This document shows, piece by piece, positions 62,649 to 64,000 of a stretch of DNA of 64,000 nt. This DNA comes from Azolla caroliniana. Its lineage: Eukaryota > Plantae > Polypodiophyta. The stretch covers positions 9,176,001 through 9,240,000 of the forward strand of contig JBHGNT010000013.1 of assembly GCA_043228905.1 (NCBI GenBank). Reading direction: 5' to 3'. The position numbers and the translations under genes are program-made. How positions within the stretch are numbered: the stretch's first letter is position 1; each line of letters opens with the position of its first letter. The notes beneath the pieces are model-generated. The model searched no databases. It worked only from the letters and a program-made list of their open reading frames with translations, and had not been told where the DNA came from.

Positions 62649-64000
62649 TGTTGGGAATACCGTAATCTAATGTGGAACAAGATCAACATACTTCTAGGAT
62701 AAGATCGTAAATGAATGCACGGTCATAGCTTTGATGGCAGCAAAGACAGAAAAGAAAACAACTAGTACGCAAGAGAGAGAGACAATTAGGCACAATGTCA
62801 AGAGTCTATTATAACTTAAAAACGACCCACTAACTAGGTTATAAAGTCAGTTTATATATTGACTGATTTAGGGCAACTACCCTTCTCACGTTTTACATAA
62901 ATAGCCTAAGCTTAGTGTGTACAAGAAAAATGGATAATGTGAATACATCCATTAGAAACCCTTATTCAACACTCCCCTGTAATGGGCATATACATTTGAA
63001 ATCTGTAGACCAAAATGAATGTACAATACAGATTGATACAAGGTTTACGAACAATCGAGAATTCGTTCGAGTTGGTGAACTCCGAAGAGCAGAAGGCCGG
63101 ATTGGCCGAGTTCGGAGAGACTGAAGCCGAAGTTCGAACTATCCAGGTTTATTGTCCGAGAAACGTCCTGAGTGTCCGATTTAATTGGACTGATTCTTCA
63201 TGACGCCCATTTGATGCCGAAGGGATCGAAATCAATCCGCTGGGAGACACTTGGTCATTGCATTTGCAACGTTGTCGATTGTAGGTATCTTCTCAAGGCT
63301 GATTTTCCCTGAAACGACACAGTCCCGAACGAAATGATATCGAACATTGATATGCTTGGAGGCGTTGTGATGAACTAGATTTTTCAATAGAACAAAAGCA
63401 CCGACTGTCACTGTAAACCATTGGAGCTAAGCCGGTTTCGGCTTGTCGAAATGTGCAGGCTAGCCGACCGAGCCATAAGGCCTCTTTTGCTGCATCGGAC
63501 GCGGCTATGTATTCGGCCTCGGTCGTTGATGTGGTGTTGCACTCTTGAAGTTTTGATTTCCAGCAAGCGACACACAAATGTCTTTGATCCGGGCCGTGTT
63601 GTTAGCCCTTGACTTGTCCTTTTGTTAGACACTACTCAACTCCTGTTAAAGTTGCAGCTTTTGGACCGCGGTGCTTGCAGCGAAGACCTTTTTCAAGTTT
63701 CCCCTAGCTTCCTTTGGCGTCTTGGCATCCCAGATATGGTTGAGTAGCTGATCACCGACATGCAATACATTACCCTATTTGCAGCTTGTTCCCAAGCCGA
63801 GAAGTCCTTGTGTGCCGCATCAAGTTCCGTATCGTTAGCTCCGTCGACTAACTCCAGTAGCCATGCCCGAGCAGGTACATGTGCAACTTGTATGATCAAG
63901 ATGCATAGTTGGATCTGTTGAGCCTCTCCATCGGGAGCGAGCTATTTGTTCCTCGATCCATTCTCTCCTTCTTGTTCTTTACCGGGTGTTAGGTTTTGTC
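62649..64000 (-). mobile_element. Copia J: internally deleted copia (gag fused to RNase H), 3' LTR 62649-62971, continues beyond window
   Basis: TGTTGG...TTCAACA LTR with adjacent PPT AGGGGAG. RH motif STTEAEYIAASDAAKEALWL (63293-63577) directly follows gag-like WEQAANRVMYC (63693-63899). Confidence 0.8.

Overview
Eukaryotic land-plant DNA, probably from a non-seed plant such as a fern, lycophyte or bryophyte (inferred from the mix of Phygy/Selgy-like and Tcn1-like elements). Most of the window is a nest of decayed LTR retrotransposons, resolved here by LTR pairs and target-site duplications (TSDs). The main nesting is Athila-like G > Copia E > Athila-like O > Copia A > (Athila-like B, chromovirus C). 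Copia E also holds a solo LTR and Tcn1-like chromovirus F, and F holds Phygy/Selgy-like H. A ~3.4 kb TIR element with an array of long palindromes lies at 44.1-47.5 kb. One intact host gene, a 7-coding-exon, 230-aa SR45a/TRA2-like splicing factor, is on the minus strand at 49.7-51.8 kb. It abuts a 5'-truncated Copia (D) carrying non-autonomous element I, followed by further LTR debris. The most unusual signal is that three related Athila-like elements (O, B, I) have no polypurine tract. They instead carry a conserved tRNA-3'-end-like hairpin ending in CCA (ACA in I) just before the 3' LTR, which reads as a second, inverted PBS and suggests PPT-independent plus-strand priming. Other notable signals are a GGAUUUU-plus-pseudoknot -1 frameshift between gag-pro and pol in H, Tf1-type self-priming in F, an extra PMD-like/coiled-coil ORF in O and B, and telomeric repeats at a deletion junction. 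All coordinates and alignments were read by eye. Clade names and tRNA assignments come from memory of the families and need database confirmation.
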